A DNA stretch of 64,000 bases, from positions 13,890-77,889 of the forward strand of contig CAYVQF010000021.1 in assembly GCA_964454015.1 (NCBI GenBank), written 5' to 3'. Source of the DNA: an uncultured Myxococcales bacterium (GTDB lineage Bacteria > Myxococcota_A > Bradymonadia > UBA4248). Of this stretch, positions 8,999 to 17,730 are shown in pieces (the first letter of the stretch is position 1; every line of letters begins with the position of its first letter). The position numbers and the translations under genes were made by a program. The notes below the pieces were generated by a model. The model worked only from the letters and a program-made list of their open reading frames with translations, did no database searches and was not told the origin of the DNA.

Positions 8999-10252
8999 TC
9001 AGGCCAGGCTCACCCAACGCACGAGCGGGGCCAGGGTGCCGATGCCGTCGTGGCGCCAGGACAGGGGAGGCCGCTGCATGTGCCCCAGGGGGCAGACGCG
9101 GTTGAGGCCGGCCAGCGTCAGGGTCGCGAGTCGTTGCGGGGTGAGGGTCGCGCCGGCCATGCCGAGGCATTGGAGATGGGGCGCGGCGGCGCTGAGGTGG
9201 GGGATGAGGTCGTCGAGGTCGGCCACGGGGTAGACCGGGAGCACCCGCGCGCCGCAGGAGGGGGTCAGGGGCTGGGCGCTGGGATAGGCCAAGATGGTGG
9301 CCCCACCAGGGGCGGTGAAGGCGTGCGCGTCGAGGAGGGCGTTCTGGATGTAGGAGCGCCGATGGGCGCGGGCGGCGGCGTCGAGAGGCCCGAGGGGGAA
9401 GCGGGCTTCGAGGGGCGGCAGGGCGTGGTGCGCCAGTTGCCGCGCCACCTCGGCGGCGTCTTTGGCGTCGCCCTGGAGGTAGAGGGCCTGCGGAGAGAGG
9501 CAGCCGTACTGGTCCCAGAGGCAGAGGTCGAGGGCGAGGTCGCTCAGGATCGCGGGCGTCGGCTCGGGGTCGGCGCCGAGGTAGGCCGCCGAGATGCGGT
9601 GTCCGTAGGGGACGAAGATCTGGTGGGGTCGCGCGAGGCGCTGCCACTGGGCGACGGCGCGGGCGCTGCCGTGGACGACGATGGCGTCGCCGGCAGCGGC
9701 CATGGCGGCGGCGCTGTCGAGATCCGATGAGGGGAAGTGGGCCAAGATGACCGCCGGCGCCAGGGCGGGGGCGCACCGCGCCAGCACCTCGAGGAAGGCG
9801 CGCATGAGCGGCTGCAAGCGCGCCGCCGCTCTGACCAGGACGGGGACGCCCGCCATGACGGGGAGCATGGTGGCCTGGATGCCGGCCGGCGGTACGGTAG
9901 CGGCGAGGACCATGGCGAGGCGCTGGGGCAAGAGGGGGCGCCAGTGGGGGTGTTCTTGGGGCAGCTCCGTGGCGAGGAAGCGGCGCATTGCGTCAGGTTG
10001 CCAGCATCGTTCCAGCTCGCCGAAGCCGAAGGCGAGGGTGGCGGCGCTACAGCCGCAGGCCTCGGCGCCAGCGGCCCAGTCGCTGGCGCCGAGGCCTGCG
10101 GCGAGCTGGGTCATGGCGGCCAGGCGCGCCTCGATGTCCATGGCTGCGAGGGCGAGGCGGGCTTGGTACATGGCCTGAACGGCCTGGGCCAAGCCCGCCT
10201 CGCCTAGGGGGGCATGCCAACCAGCGCCGCTGAAAAACCCCGTCACATCCAT
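8999..10252 (-). CDS. Acyl-CoA reductase, LuxC-like (fatty aldehyde-forming)
   Basis: LuxC-family length and motifs (AIVVHGSARAV, YGHRISAAYL). Start chosen at MDVTGFF (ATG at 10252), overlapping the stop of the upstream gene by 10 nt. Confidence 0.55.
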   Translation of the reverse strand: MDVTGFFSGAGWHAPLGEAGLAQAVQAMYQARLALAAMDIEARLAAMTQLAAGLGASDWAAGAEACGCSAATLAFGFGELERCWQPDAMRRFLATELPQEHPHWRPLLPQRLAMVLAATVPPAGIQATMLPVMAGVPVLVRAAARLQPLMRAFLEVLARCAPALAPAVILAHFPSSDLDSAAAMAAAGDAIVVHGSARAVAQWQRLARPHQIFVPYGHRISAAYLGADPEPTPAILSDLALDLCLWDQYGCLSPQALYLQGDAKDAAEVARQLAHHALPPLEARFPLGPLDAAARAHRRSYIQNALLDAHAFTAPGGATILAYPSAQPLTPSCGARVLPVYPVADLDDLIPHLSAAAPHLQCLGMAGATLTPQRLATLTLAGLNRVCPLGHMQRPPLSWRHDGIGTLAPLVRWVSLA

Positions 10253-11403
10253 AGCGACCGCTCTGCCCCGCTCAACATGGCGTCCAAAGCGATGGAGCAG
10301 CCCTTGGCCACGGCGCCAGCCCGGCCGCACAACTGCAAACAGGCGTCCACGGGCCACGGGAGATGGGCCGCCGCCTCGGGCGGCACTGGGTGACAGCGCC
10401 CCAAGTCCCCCGTGAGCACGTACGCCGCCGAATCCAAGTTGGCCAGATCCCGCAGGGCGATCTGCCCCTCTTCGCCCCAGGGCAACTCGGTCAGGCTGTC
10501 CGGGTCGAGCACGGCGAAGCGGCACCATGGCGGCCCCACGAAGCGATCCCGCAGCGCCAACGCCAGATCCCCGTGCCCAGCCAAGGCCAGCGCCATGGAC
10601 GCCTCATAGAGCTGGCTCGAGAGCTCAGACATCCCATACTCGGCCACGATCAGCGCCGCCTCCAGCCCCAGGGTCGCCACCAAAGCGGCGTGCAAGTCTG
10701 GGCGGGGAACCTGGCGGCTCAAGCCCTTGTAGCCACCGGTCTCCAATAGCCGCGACCCCGCTGGCAGACGCCAGCGCCGCCCCCCGAGGCCATCCAGAAA
10801 ATGGACGAAAGCGAAAGAGGGCCCCAACAAAAACACCGGGCGCCCTGAAGCCTCGGCCGCATCCAACGCCGCCGTGAGCCGGGGCGCGTCCAAGTTGCCC
10901 GCCGCGTCGACGAGGAAGTGCCCCCCACCGTGGTGGCGCATCAAGTGGGCGAACATATGCACCAGCGAGCTGTGCGGTGCGTCGGCGTCACTTGGGGTCA
11001 GCACCCACCATGACAGCTCGGCGCCGTCGCCCAAGACCATGGGCGCAAAGGTCGCCAGGATCGCCGTGTCCATCAACGCCAGGGTCTTGAAAACGTGACG
11101 CGAGCGCTGCTCCGCCGTCGTGCCGCTGGAAAAGAAGGTCGCCACCGCCTCGGAGGCGTCATGGGGAAAGAGGTCAGCCCGTTTGAAGGCCTCCACGGGC
11201 AGCGGCGGCAAGCCCCAGGGATCACCGCCGGGCTCGACGCCGCCGTGGCGACAATAGCGCCCATAGAGAGGGTGCGCCTGCGCCTGGTAGGTCATGATCT
11301 GCGCCGTCAACGCACGCCAAGCCTCGGGCGCGAGGCCGCGGGTCATCCCGGCCAACAAGGCCTGCTCCAGGCGCGCCCGCTCCGCTGCCCACCTGGCCGC
11401 CAT
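10243..11403 (-). CDS. Acyl-protein synthetase, LuxE-like (adenylate-forming)
   Basis: FFSSGTTAEQRSRH matches the LuxE SSGTTG nucleotide-binding motif. Length about 387 aa. ATG at 11403 shares one nt with the rex stop. Confidence 0.55.
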   Translation of the reverse strand: MAARWAAERARLEQALLAGMTRGLAPEAWRALTAQIMTYQAQAHPLYGRYCRHGGVEPGGDPWGLPPLPVEAFKRADLFPHDASEAVATFFSSGTTAEQRSRHVFKTLALMDTAILATFAPMVLGDGAELSWWVLTPSDADAPHSSLVHMFAHLMRHHGGGHFLVDAAGNLDAPRLTAALDAAEASGRPVFLLGPSFAFVHFLDGLGGRRWRLPAGSRLLETGGYKGLSRQVPRPDLHAALVATLGLEAALIVAEYGMSELSSQLYEASMALALAGHGDLALALRDRFVGPPWCRFAVLDPDSLTELPWGEEGQIALRDLANLDSAAYVLTGDLGRCHPVPPEAAAHLPWPVDACLQLCGRAGAVAKGCSIALDAMLSGAERSLWM

Positions 11404-12074
11404 CACCGCGCCTCCGGCACATCTCGCACGGCATAGGCCAGCTCCGCCAGATCCACGCTGAGCTGCTCGTCGCGCACCAGCACCCCGGGCGGCGCGACCA
11501 AGGTGGCAGGGGTGAAGTTCCAGATCGCGCGCACCCCAGCCTCTACCAAGGCCTGCATCGCTTCCTTCGGCGTCGCCGACCGACTCGGCGTGATGATCCC
11601 CAGACGCACGCCCAAGCGCCGGCACTCACGGGGGAGCGCCTTGAGGGGATACAAACTCGCCCCGGCCACCACCTCTCCCGTGGCCTCGATGTCATCGTCG
11701 AAAATGGCCACCACCGCCAGCCCACACACGGAAAAAAGCGGATAGTCCGCCAGGGCCCGAGCCATGCGCCCGCTCCCAACGATCACCGCCCCCTTGAGGG
11801 TGTCCAGGCCCAAGCGCTCGCGAATGGCCGCCAGGACCGTCGCGCCCGTGAAGCCCACGCTCGGTTTGCCCCGCAAACCGAGGGCCGCGAGATCCTTGCG
11901 CACCTGGGTCGGATCGACGCCACAGTGCTTGGCCAAGTGTTCGCTCGCGACCACATCGGACGCAACGGCCCAATCGGTCAAGACCCGGTGGTAACGCATC
12001 AGACGCTCAAAGTGGAGGCGCTTCACGGACCCGCTCCTTCGCCAAGCCTCAGCCGAGGCATTCCTTTGCTGCAC
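11403..12074 (-). CDS. rex: Redox-sensing transcriptional repressor Rex (NADH/NAD+)
   Basis: N-terminal winged helix VKRLHFERLMRYHRVL resembles the Rex KRLPLYYRFL motif. Rossmann motif IVGSGRMARALA. About 220 aa. Confidence 0.7.
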   Translation of the reverse strand: MQQRNASAEAWRRSGSVKRLHFERLMRYHRVLTDWAVASDVVASEHLAKHCGVDPTQVRKDLAALGLRGKPSVGFTGATVLAAIRERLGLDTLKGAVIVGSGRMARALADYPLFSVCGLAVVAIFDDDIEATGEVVAGASLYPLKALPRECRRLGVRLGIITPSRSATPKEAMQALVEAGVRAIWNFTPATLVAPPGVLVRDEQLSVDLAELAYAVRDVPEAR

Positions 12075-12197
12075 TTAGCACGTTGCGCCGCCAGCGTCAC
12101 TTCGTTAAAAGATCACTCGCCCCCTCATCCTGGGCGGCGAGGCGCCACGGCTGACGCCGCGCCGGCCCCCACCACACCACCCCACGCCGAGACCACC

Positions 12198-12878
12198 ATG
12201 TGCATCTCTGACGAAGTCTGGAAGAAGTGCAGCGCCTGCCGCCGCCCCATCACCTATGGTGCCGTGTATTGGGCCTGCTCGGTGTCCACCTGCAACAGCA
12301 AACGCATGGGGCTCTTTTTCTGCTCCATCGGCTGCTGGGACGCGCACCTCCCCGAGGCACGCCACCGCTCGGCGGCGGCCGTAGAGCAGCGGGCCCCCAG
12401 CGCCCCCGAGCCTGAGGCGCCCGCGCCGCAGAGCTCTGCCAAAGCAGCCGCGGCGCGGCCAGCCCTCCACGGCGATGCGCCGCGGGAGATCCTCATCGTC
12501 GCCGCCCACCTGGAATCCTACGTGGCCGATCGCGCTGGCGAGCCCCTCAAAGTGCCACCAGCGGTGCTACATCTCTTGAGTGACTACCTCCGCGAGCGTT
12601 GCGACGCGGCCATCCAGCGCGCCCAGGCCGCAGGGCGCAAGACCGTCCTCGAGCGCGATGTGGCCCCTCCCCCTGCCGCCCCGGCAGGCCCCATGCTCTG
12701 CATCGTCTCGCGGGTCAAGCACTACATCCGCGCCACGGCAGACTGCAACACCGCCGCCGCCGCCTTGGACTTGCTCTCGGCGCACGTCCGCGCCCTCGCC
12801 CACGAAGGGGTACGCAAAGTGCTGCGCGAAGAACGCGGCACCCTGCTGCCCAGCGACCTGCCGCCCAGGGCCTACTGA
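12198..12878 (+). CDS. Hypothetical protein with an N-terminal zinc ribbon and a C-terminal histone-fold-like region
   Basis: CSACRR...CSVSTC...CSIGCWDAH is a Cys-rich zinc-ribbon-like N-terminus. The C-terminus AAGRKTVLERDV resembles the archaeal/H4 histone alpha3 signature (H/A)AGRKT(I/V)xxxD(I/V). Confidence 0.4.
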   Translation: MCISDEVWKKCSACRRPITYGAVYWACSVSTCNSKRMGLFFCSIGCWDAHLPEARHRSAAAVEQRAPSAPEPEAPAPQSSAKAAAARPALHGDAPREILIVAAHLESYVADRAGEPLKVPPAVLHLLSDYLRERCDAAIQRAQAAGRKTVLERDVAPPPAAPAGPMLCIVSRVKHYIRATADCNTAAAALDLLSAHVRALAHEGVRKVLREERGTLLPSDLPPRAY

Positions 12879-13405
12879 GTCTCGATCTCGAGCACGATGC
12901 CAAAGCGGAGATGGAGCACCGCCTCGGGCTCCCACGCAGGCACCAGCGCGTGGCGCATGATCTCCCAGTCGAGGCTCACCCGCTGATCGACCACGAAATC
13001 CCTGAGGTCTTCGTGGAGGACGATGTCGAGGGAACGCTCCAGCTCCCCCGGGCGGAAGGACTTGCCCTGCACGGCGAGCACGCGCCGCGAGGTGGCAGGC
13101 TCGATGACAAAGATGTCGATGGTGGAGAACACCGAGAGATCCAGCCCCTCAGGGTTGTCGGCCTCGGTGTCGATGGCGACCCAGGCCTGGTGGAGGACGG
13201 CGTTGCGCGCTGCGGCGACATCACGCTCGAAGCGAAAGCGCTTGGCCGTGGTGAAGAGCCCCACCTCGACCCCAGGCACCTCGAGGGAGGTGGTGATGGC
13301 ATCGTGGAAGACGTTGACATCACAGCCACTGGCCAGCAACAACCCGAGCGCCAGCGCCGCAACGCCGCGGCCACACTGCAGGACACTTCCCCAGGAATCT
13401 CTCAT
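12872..13405 (-). CDS. Hypothetical lipoprotein
   Basis: Signal peptide with lipobox LLASGC after MRDSWGSVLQCGRGVAALALG. No recognisable catalytic motifs. Confidence 0.4.
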   Translation of the reverse strand: MRDSWGSVLQCGRGVAALALGLLLASGCDVNVFHDAITTSLEVPGVEVGLFTTAKRFRFERDVAAARNAVLHQAWVAIDTEADNPEGLDLSVFSTIDIFVIEPATSRRVLAVQGKSFRPGELERSLDIVLHEDLRDFVVDQRVSLDWEIMRHALVPAWEPEAVLHLRFGIVLEIETQ

Positions 13406-13556
13406 GGCGCGCCTCGAAAGTCGTGACACCAGCATCGCCGCCGTCGCCCACACTTGGGACACAGCCAAGCAAAGCTCTCCACCCAAGGGTCATCATGGTG
13501 GATGCATCGAGGCCGCGCAAGGGGCATTGAGGCCGCGCGCCCCTGCACGTGACGCC

Positions 13557-14429
13557 TCAACGCCGACAGCGGCTCGCGCTGGGGGGGCCCAGGTAGAGGT
13601 TGTCGTAATAGACGTCGGCAAAGACCTCGGCCGAGCCGGGCCCGCGCAGATCGAATCGCGCCTCATAGAGGATGCGCAGCTTGTGCCCCGGACCGGGCAC
13701 ATAACCCCAATGGGTCTGGAAATCCTGGGCGGGGTTGGTCGCAAAGGGCACCCACTGCCCCCGCACGGGCTCCCGCTGTCGCGGCGACTCGAGGAAGATG
13801 TAGTGGGCGTTGCCAATCTGGTGCGGCTGCGTCTCAGCGCCGCTGACGACGTAGCGAAGCTGGGCGTTGCCCTGGCCAACGTCGCGGCTCAAATCGATGA
13901 TGACGAGCTGAAGGTACTGCCGCTCGGCACCCCGTGACCATTTGTCCACATAGTAGTAACCCTCGATGCAGCCCGGCAACGCCTCTGTCAGCTCGACCTC
14001 CTGCACGGCGCCCCAGACGATGGTCGAGCGGGCGTCGTTCTGGGAACGCAGCGGCAAGAGCACCGAGGCGTCGCCTTCATAGGCCAGGTTGCGGCTGATC
14101 CTGAAGGGCGCCCACCCTTTGGACCACTCCAACCAGTGCCAGCCCACCTCTCCTTGCTCAAAGCCTGGATTTGCCAGGAGATTGCCCGCCTCGACGATGG
14201 GCGGCAGCGCCTCGGAGGCCACGGCGCGCTCAGCCTCAGGTGTGGCGGCAGGCGCGACCTCCTGGGTGGCTGTGGCGTGGGGCCGCAAGGCCAACCACAG
14301 CGAGAGGGCCACGACGGCCGCGGCGAGCACGAGCACGACGGTCGTCGTGGACGCCCTGCGGGCGGGGCGCCCTGCCGGTGGCGGCGATGACGTGGGAGCA
14401 CGCGGCGTTTTCTTGCTTTTCTTGGCCAT
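13557..14429 (-). CDS. Hypothetical signal-anchored or secreted protein
   Basis: N-terminal Lys/Pro-rich segment, then one hydrophobic helix (VVLVLAAAVVALSLWLAL). The rest is an aromatic-rich beta-type domain of unknown family. Confidence 0.4.
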   Translation of the reverse strand: MAKKSKKTPRAPTSSPPPAGRPARRASTTTVVLVLAAAVVALSLWLALRPHATATQEVAPAATPEAERAVASEALPPIVEAGNLLANPGFEQGEVGWHWLEWSKGWAPFRISRNLAYEGDASVLLPLRSQNDARSTIVWGAVQEVELTEALPGCIEGYYYVDKWSRGAERQYLQLVIIDLSRDVGQGNAQLRYVVSGAETQPHQIGNAHYIFLESPRQREPVRGQWVPFATNPAQDFQTHWGYVPGPGHKLRILYEARFDLRGPGSAEVFADVYYDNLYLGPPSASRCRR

Positions 14430-14674
14430 GAGCAACCTCTGAAACAGTCAACGAGCTGCCCCACTCCATAACAGGCAGCGCCCGTCATCACAAGGCCATG
14501 TGCGGCGCTTCGCGCCCAAATCGGCGCGCCCCAGGTGGCGTTGCAAACAGTAAAAGGTGCGAGATTCGTCAATATTTTACGCAGTGATAAGATCCCAGTC
14601 GCGACGCGTGGCCGTCGCCGCTTGGGCCCTGAGCTCAGCGCCTTCTTCCCATCCGTACCGGTGACGCAAGCGCC

Positions 14675-15583
14675 ATGGAAATCGTCTTCGCCCAGGCCAG
14701 TGACAAAGGCATCAGCCGCCAGGAGAATCAAGACGCCATGGGGACCTTCTCCGGTCCATGGGGTCGCCTCTTCGTCGTCTGCGACGGCCTGGGCGGTCAT
14801 GCCGGCGGTGCCATCGCCAGTCGGGTGGCGGTGCAGCGCATCGGGGCGGCCTTCGCCGAGGCCATCGCCAGCGCCTTGCCGGCAGCGGCACTGGAGGCGG
14901 CTCTCGTGAGCGGCAACCAGGCCGTGCGCGCGGCAGCCCAAAAGAGCGGCCTGGTCGAGATGGCGACGACCTGCGTCGCCCTCTTCATCCCCACGGATCT
15001 CCAGCACGCCTACGCGGCCCACGCTGGGGACAGTCGCATTTACCGCATTCGCGGGCAGGAGATCGCCCAGATCACTCGGGACCACACGGAATACCAACGC
15101 CGCCTCGACGCGGGCGAGAGCGTCCCCGAGCGGGGGCCAGGGACGGAGCTCCTCCACTTGGTCGAGCGTTCCTTGGGCCCAAGCCCAGAGCTCGACGTGA
15201 GCGTCAGCGAGCCCCTGCCCCTGCGCGAGGGCGACGTGTATTTGCTGTGCAGCGACGGCCTCACCACCATGCTCGACGACGAGGACATCCGCCGCTATGT
15301 GGGCGAGCTGCCGCCATCGTCGGCCGTCGTCGAGTTGGTGGGCCTGGCCAATGCCCGCGGCGGCTACGACAACATCACCGTGCAGGTGGTCGAGATCGCC
15401 AGCGCCCTGCATCGCGACGCTCCCTCCGAGAGTGGCTTGGTCCGCATCTCGGATCTCCTGGCCGAGCATCAGGATTTTCGGGCCCGACAACAGCGCATCC
15501 GCAAGCGCCAGCGGCTCTTCGTCACCGCCGTGGTCGTCGTCTGTGTGTGGATTCTCCTTGCATGTGTGTGGGCCGCGGTTTAG
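14675..15583 (+). CDS. PP2C-family Ser/Thr protein phosphatase with a C-terminal membrane anchor
   Basis: Motifs QENQDA, VVCDGLGGHAGG and LLCSDGL match PP2C/Stp1. C-terminal hydrophobic helix VTAVVVVCVWILLACVWAAV. Confidence 0.8.
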   Translation: MEIVFAQASDKGISRQENQDAMGTFSGPWGRLFVVCDGLGGHAGGAIASRVAVQRIGAAFAEAIASALPAAALEAALVSGNQAVRAAAQKSGLVEMATTCVALFIPTDLQHAYAAHAGDSRIYRIRGQEIAQITRDHTEYQRRLDAGESVPERGPGTELLHLVERSLGPSPELDVSVSEPLPLREGDVYLLCSDGLTTMLDDEDIRRYVGELPPSSAVVELVGLANARGGYDNITVQVVEIASALHRDAPSESGLVRISDLLAEHQDFRARQQRIRKRQRLFVTAVVVVCVWILLACVWAAV

Positions 15584-15621
15584 ATGCTCTTGACGGCGTG
15601 ACCCGCCGCCGAGGAGCGACC

Positions 15622-16839
15622 ATGGATCCGCACCCCAGCCACAATCCAGGCCCCAGCGCCGACGACGCGCGCCTCCAGGCCGACTTTGTCCGCCGCCCCG
15701 ACCTAGCGCCGGTGCCCCCTCCCCAAGCGGTCTCGACTTACGCCCAACGCCCGGCCTGCTGGGCCCACGTCTCCCAGGAGAATTGGTCCAAGTGGCGTTG
15801 GCAGATGCGGCACCGGGTACGCAGCGCCGCCGCCCTGGCGCCCATCCTCGACCTCAGCCCTGAGGACGAGGCCGCCATCACCTGGGCCGCGAGCCGCTTC
15901 CCCCTCTTGACCACACCCCACTACCTCGCCCTGGCCCAGGCCACGGCGCCGTGCGCCATCCGCGCGCAAATCCTCCCCTCTTGGTCCGAAGTCACCCATG
16001 GCCACGACGGGCTCTGGGATCCACTGGGTGAAGGGGCGCACGGCCTGCAACCAGGCTTGACCCAACGCTACCCCGACCGCGTACTCTTGGTGCTGCGCCA
16101 CAGTTGTGCCAGCCACTGCCGTCACTGCACCCGGCGCCGCAAAGTTGGCGACCCGAGCCAGGCCCCGACCCGCGCCGAGATCGAGGCGGCGCTCAACACC
16201 ATCGCCGCCACCCCCACCATCCGCGATGTCCTGGTCTCTGGCGGCGACCCCTTGTCCCTGTCGACGCGGCGCTTGGGCGCAGTGCTGTCGCGCCTGCGCG
16301 CCATCCCCCACCTCGACGTGATCCGCCTCTGTACGCGGATGCCCGTGACCCTACCCCAGCGCATCGACGCCGCGCTGTGTGAGTGTCTGCGGGCCCTGGG
16401 CCCCATCTACGTCAACACCCACTTCAACCACCCACAAGAGGCCAGCGTTGAGAGCGGCGCGGCTCTGCAGCGTCTCCGCCTGTCGGGCTGCATCCTGAAC
16501 AATCAGATGGTGCTCCTGCGCGGTGTGAACGACGACGCCGCCATCATCGAGTCCATGAACCGCTGGCTGTTGCGACACGGCTGTAGGCCCTACTACCTCT
16601 TTCAGGTGGACCGCGGCCAACATACAGGCCATTTTCGCTGCCCCCTCGCGGTCGGTCAGGGGATCCTGCGCCGTCTGCGCGGGCGCATGGGTGGCCTGGG
16701 AGTGCCACGCTTTGTGGTGGATTTGCCGGGAGGCTGGGGCAAGGCCTGTGCTGAGTTAGCCGAGGCGGCGCCCGGCGCTCGGGGCGTCCCATTGTTGTGG
16801 AGCTGGCGCGGCCTGTGGGTCCCTTACGAAGATCTTTGA
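15622..16839 (+). CDS. KamA-family radical SAM aminomutase (lysine 2,3-aminomutase-like)
   Basis: CxxxCxxC cluster CASHCRHCTRR. KamA-type N-terminal WSKWRWQMRHRV and TPHYLALA motifs. PLP/SAM region VLVSGGDPL. The 14758 ORF is an upstream frame read-through. Confidence 0.7.
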   Translation: MDPHPSHNPGPSADDARLQADFVRRPDLAPVPPPQAVSTYAQRPACWAHVSQENWSKWRWQMRHRVRSAAALAPILDLSPEDEAAITWAASRFPLLTTPHYLALAQATAPCAIRAQILPSWSEVTHGHDGLWDPLGEGAHGLQPGLTQRYPDRVLLVLRHSCASHCRHCTRRRKVGDPSQAPTRAEIEAALNTIAATPTIRDVLVSGGDPLSLSTRRLGAVLSRLRAIPHLDVIRLCTRMPVTLPQRIDAALCECLRALGPIYVNTHFNHPQEASVESGAALQRLRLSGCILNNQMVLLRGVNDDAAIIESMNRWLLRHGCRPYYLFQVDRGQHTGHFRCPLAVGQGILRRLRGRMGGLGVPRFVVDLPGGWGKACAELAEAAPGARGVPLLWSWRGLWVPYEDL

Positions 16840-16933
16840 AGGGCTCTGTCGCTGCCTCCTGGCTATCTATTAATAATAGGGTGCGCGTTAAAGGGGTTTG
16901 CGCGGTGATTTTTTCGGGTCTAGTTCTCCCTCG

Positions 16934-16963
16934 GCGATGACTTTGAGGTCATCGCTATTTTTT
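16934..16963 (+). terminator. Rho-independent terminator downstream of the kamA-like gene
   Basis: Perfect 8-bp stem GCGATGAC/GTCATCGC with a 6-nt loop, followed by TATTTTTT. Confidence 0.6.
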
Positions 16964-16964
16964 C

Positions 16965-16993
16965 TTGACACTTGTACTTGCACGGCCTATAAA
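16965..16993 (+). promoter_or_regulatory. Sigma70-like promoter P1 of the tRNA-tuf operon
   Basis: TTGACA (16965-16970), 17-nt spacer, TATAAA (16988-16993). Near-consensus in an otherwise GC-rich region. Confidence 0.55.
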
Positions 16994-17067
16994 ACGCAGC
17001 CTTACCGCAGCGCCTACGGCCTGTGGTGCCGTGGCTGGGAAACACGCTTTCCGCATGCTCATGTTCC

Positions 17068-17096
17068 TTGACAATAGAATCGAAATCGGTAATTTG
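17068..17096 (+). promoter_or_regulatory. Sigma70-like promoter P2 of the tRNA-tuf operon
   Basis: TTGACA (17068-17073), 16-17-nt spacer, TAATTT. About 15 nt upstream of the first tRNA. Confidence 0.4.
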
Positions 17097-17112
17097 GCGC
17101 CCGCGATCGGGC

Positions 17113-17185
17113 GCTGGTGTAGCTCAATTGGCAGAGCATCTGATTTGTAATCAGGAGGTTGGGGGTTCAAGTCCCTTCACCAGCA
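17113..17185 (+). tRNA. tRNA-Thr (anticodon TGT)
   Basis: Cloverleaf read manually. Acceptor GCTGGTG/CACCAGC, D-arm GCTC..GAGC, anticodon loop TTTGTAA, T-loop GGTTCAAGTCC. Confidence 0.8.
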
Positions 17186-17207
17186 TAGATCGTGGTCGTT
17201 TTTGCCT

Positions 17208-17289
17208 TGGAGGGGTGCCCGAGCGGTTAAAGGGGGCGGACTGTAAATCCGTTGGCAACGCCTACGAAGGTTCGAATCCTTCCCCCTCC
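17208..17289 (+). tRNA. tRNA-Tyr (anticodon GTA), long variable arm
   Basis: Acceptor GGAGGGG/CCCCTCC, anticodon loop CTGTAAA, long variable arm, T-loop GGTTCGAATCC. Confidence 0.8.
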
Positions 17290-17350
17290 ATTTTAAGATG
17301 ATGACGCGACGCGTGCATCGCCACGCGTCGCGGGATCATCTTTTGTTTAT

Positions 17351-17423
17351 GCGGGAGTAGCTCAGTTGGTAGAGCATCAGCCTTCCAAGCTGAGGGTCGC
17401 GGGTTCGAACCCCGTCTCCCGCT
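17351..17423 (+). tRNA. tRNA-Gly (anticodon TCC)
   Basis: Acceptor GCGGGAG/CTCCCGC, anticodon loop CTTCCAA, T-loop GGTTCGAACCC. Confidence 0.8.
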
Positions 17424-17478
17424 CTTCCACGACATCCGACGGGCGCTTGCAGAGCGCCATCGCCGTTTCGAGTGGGGT

Positions 17479-17551
<73 letters not shown>

Positions 17552-17730
17552 TGTGGGCGTCCTGGTGCATGGCATGCGTATCTTTTGCCGCAAACCGAGG
17601 GCGATCACGGCGTTTGTGCTCGACAGCAGGGGAGTGTGCTCCGGTTCCGGAGTGGTGCTTTTTTCGGTTTACTGTTAGTCTTTTTTGCGCTCCCACCCTC
17701 ATCCATTTGAATTGCGAAGGAGAAGCCGGC

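Noticed and set aside
12075-12197. Search for a Rex operator (TTGTGAA...TTCACAA) upstream of the rex operon
   Set aside because: Only direct TCAC repeats were seen (GTCACTTCGTTAAAAGATCACT), with no convincing inverted repeat. No site is called without a profile search.
14758-16839. 693-aa ORF spanning the PP2C gene and the KamA-like gene
   Set aside because: The first about 290 aa are an Arg/Gly/Pro-rich alternate frame of the PP2C gene. Only the portion from 15622 onward, with KamA motifs, is credible. It is annotated separately.
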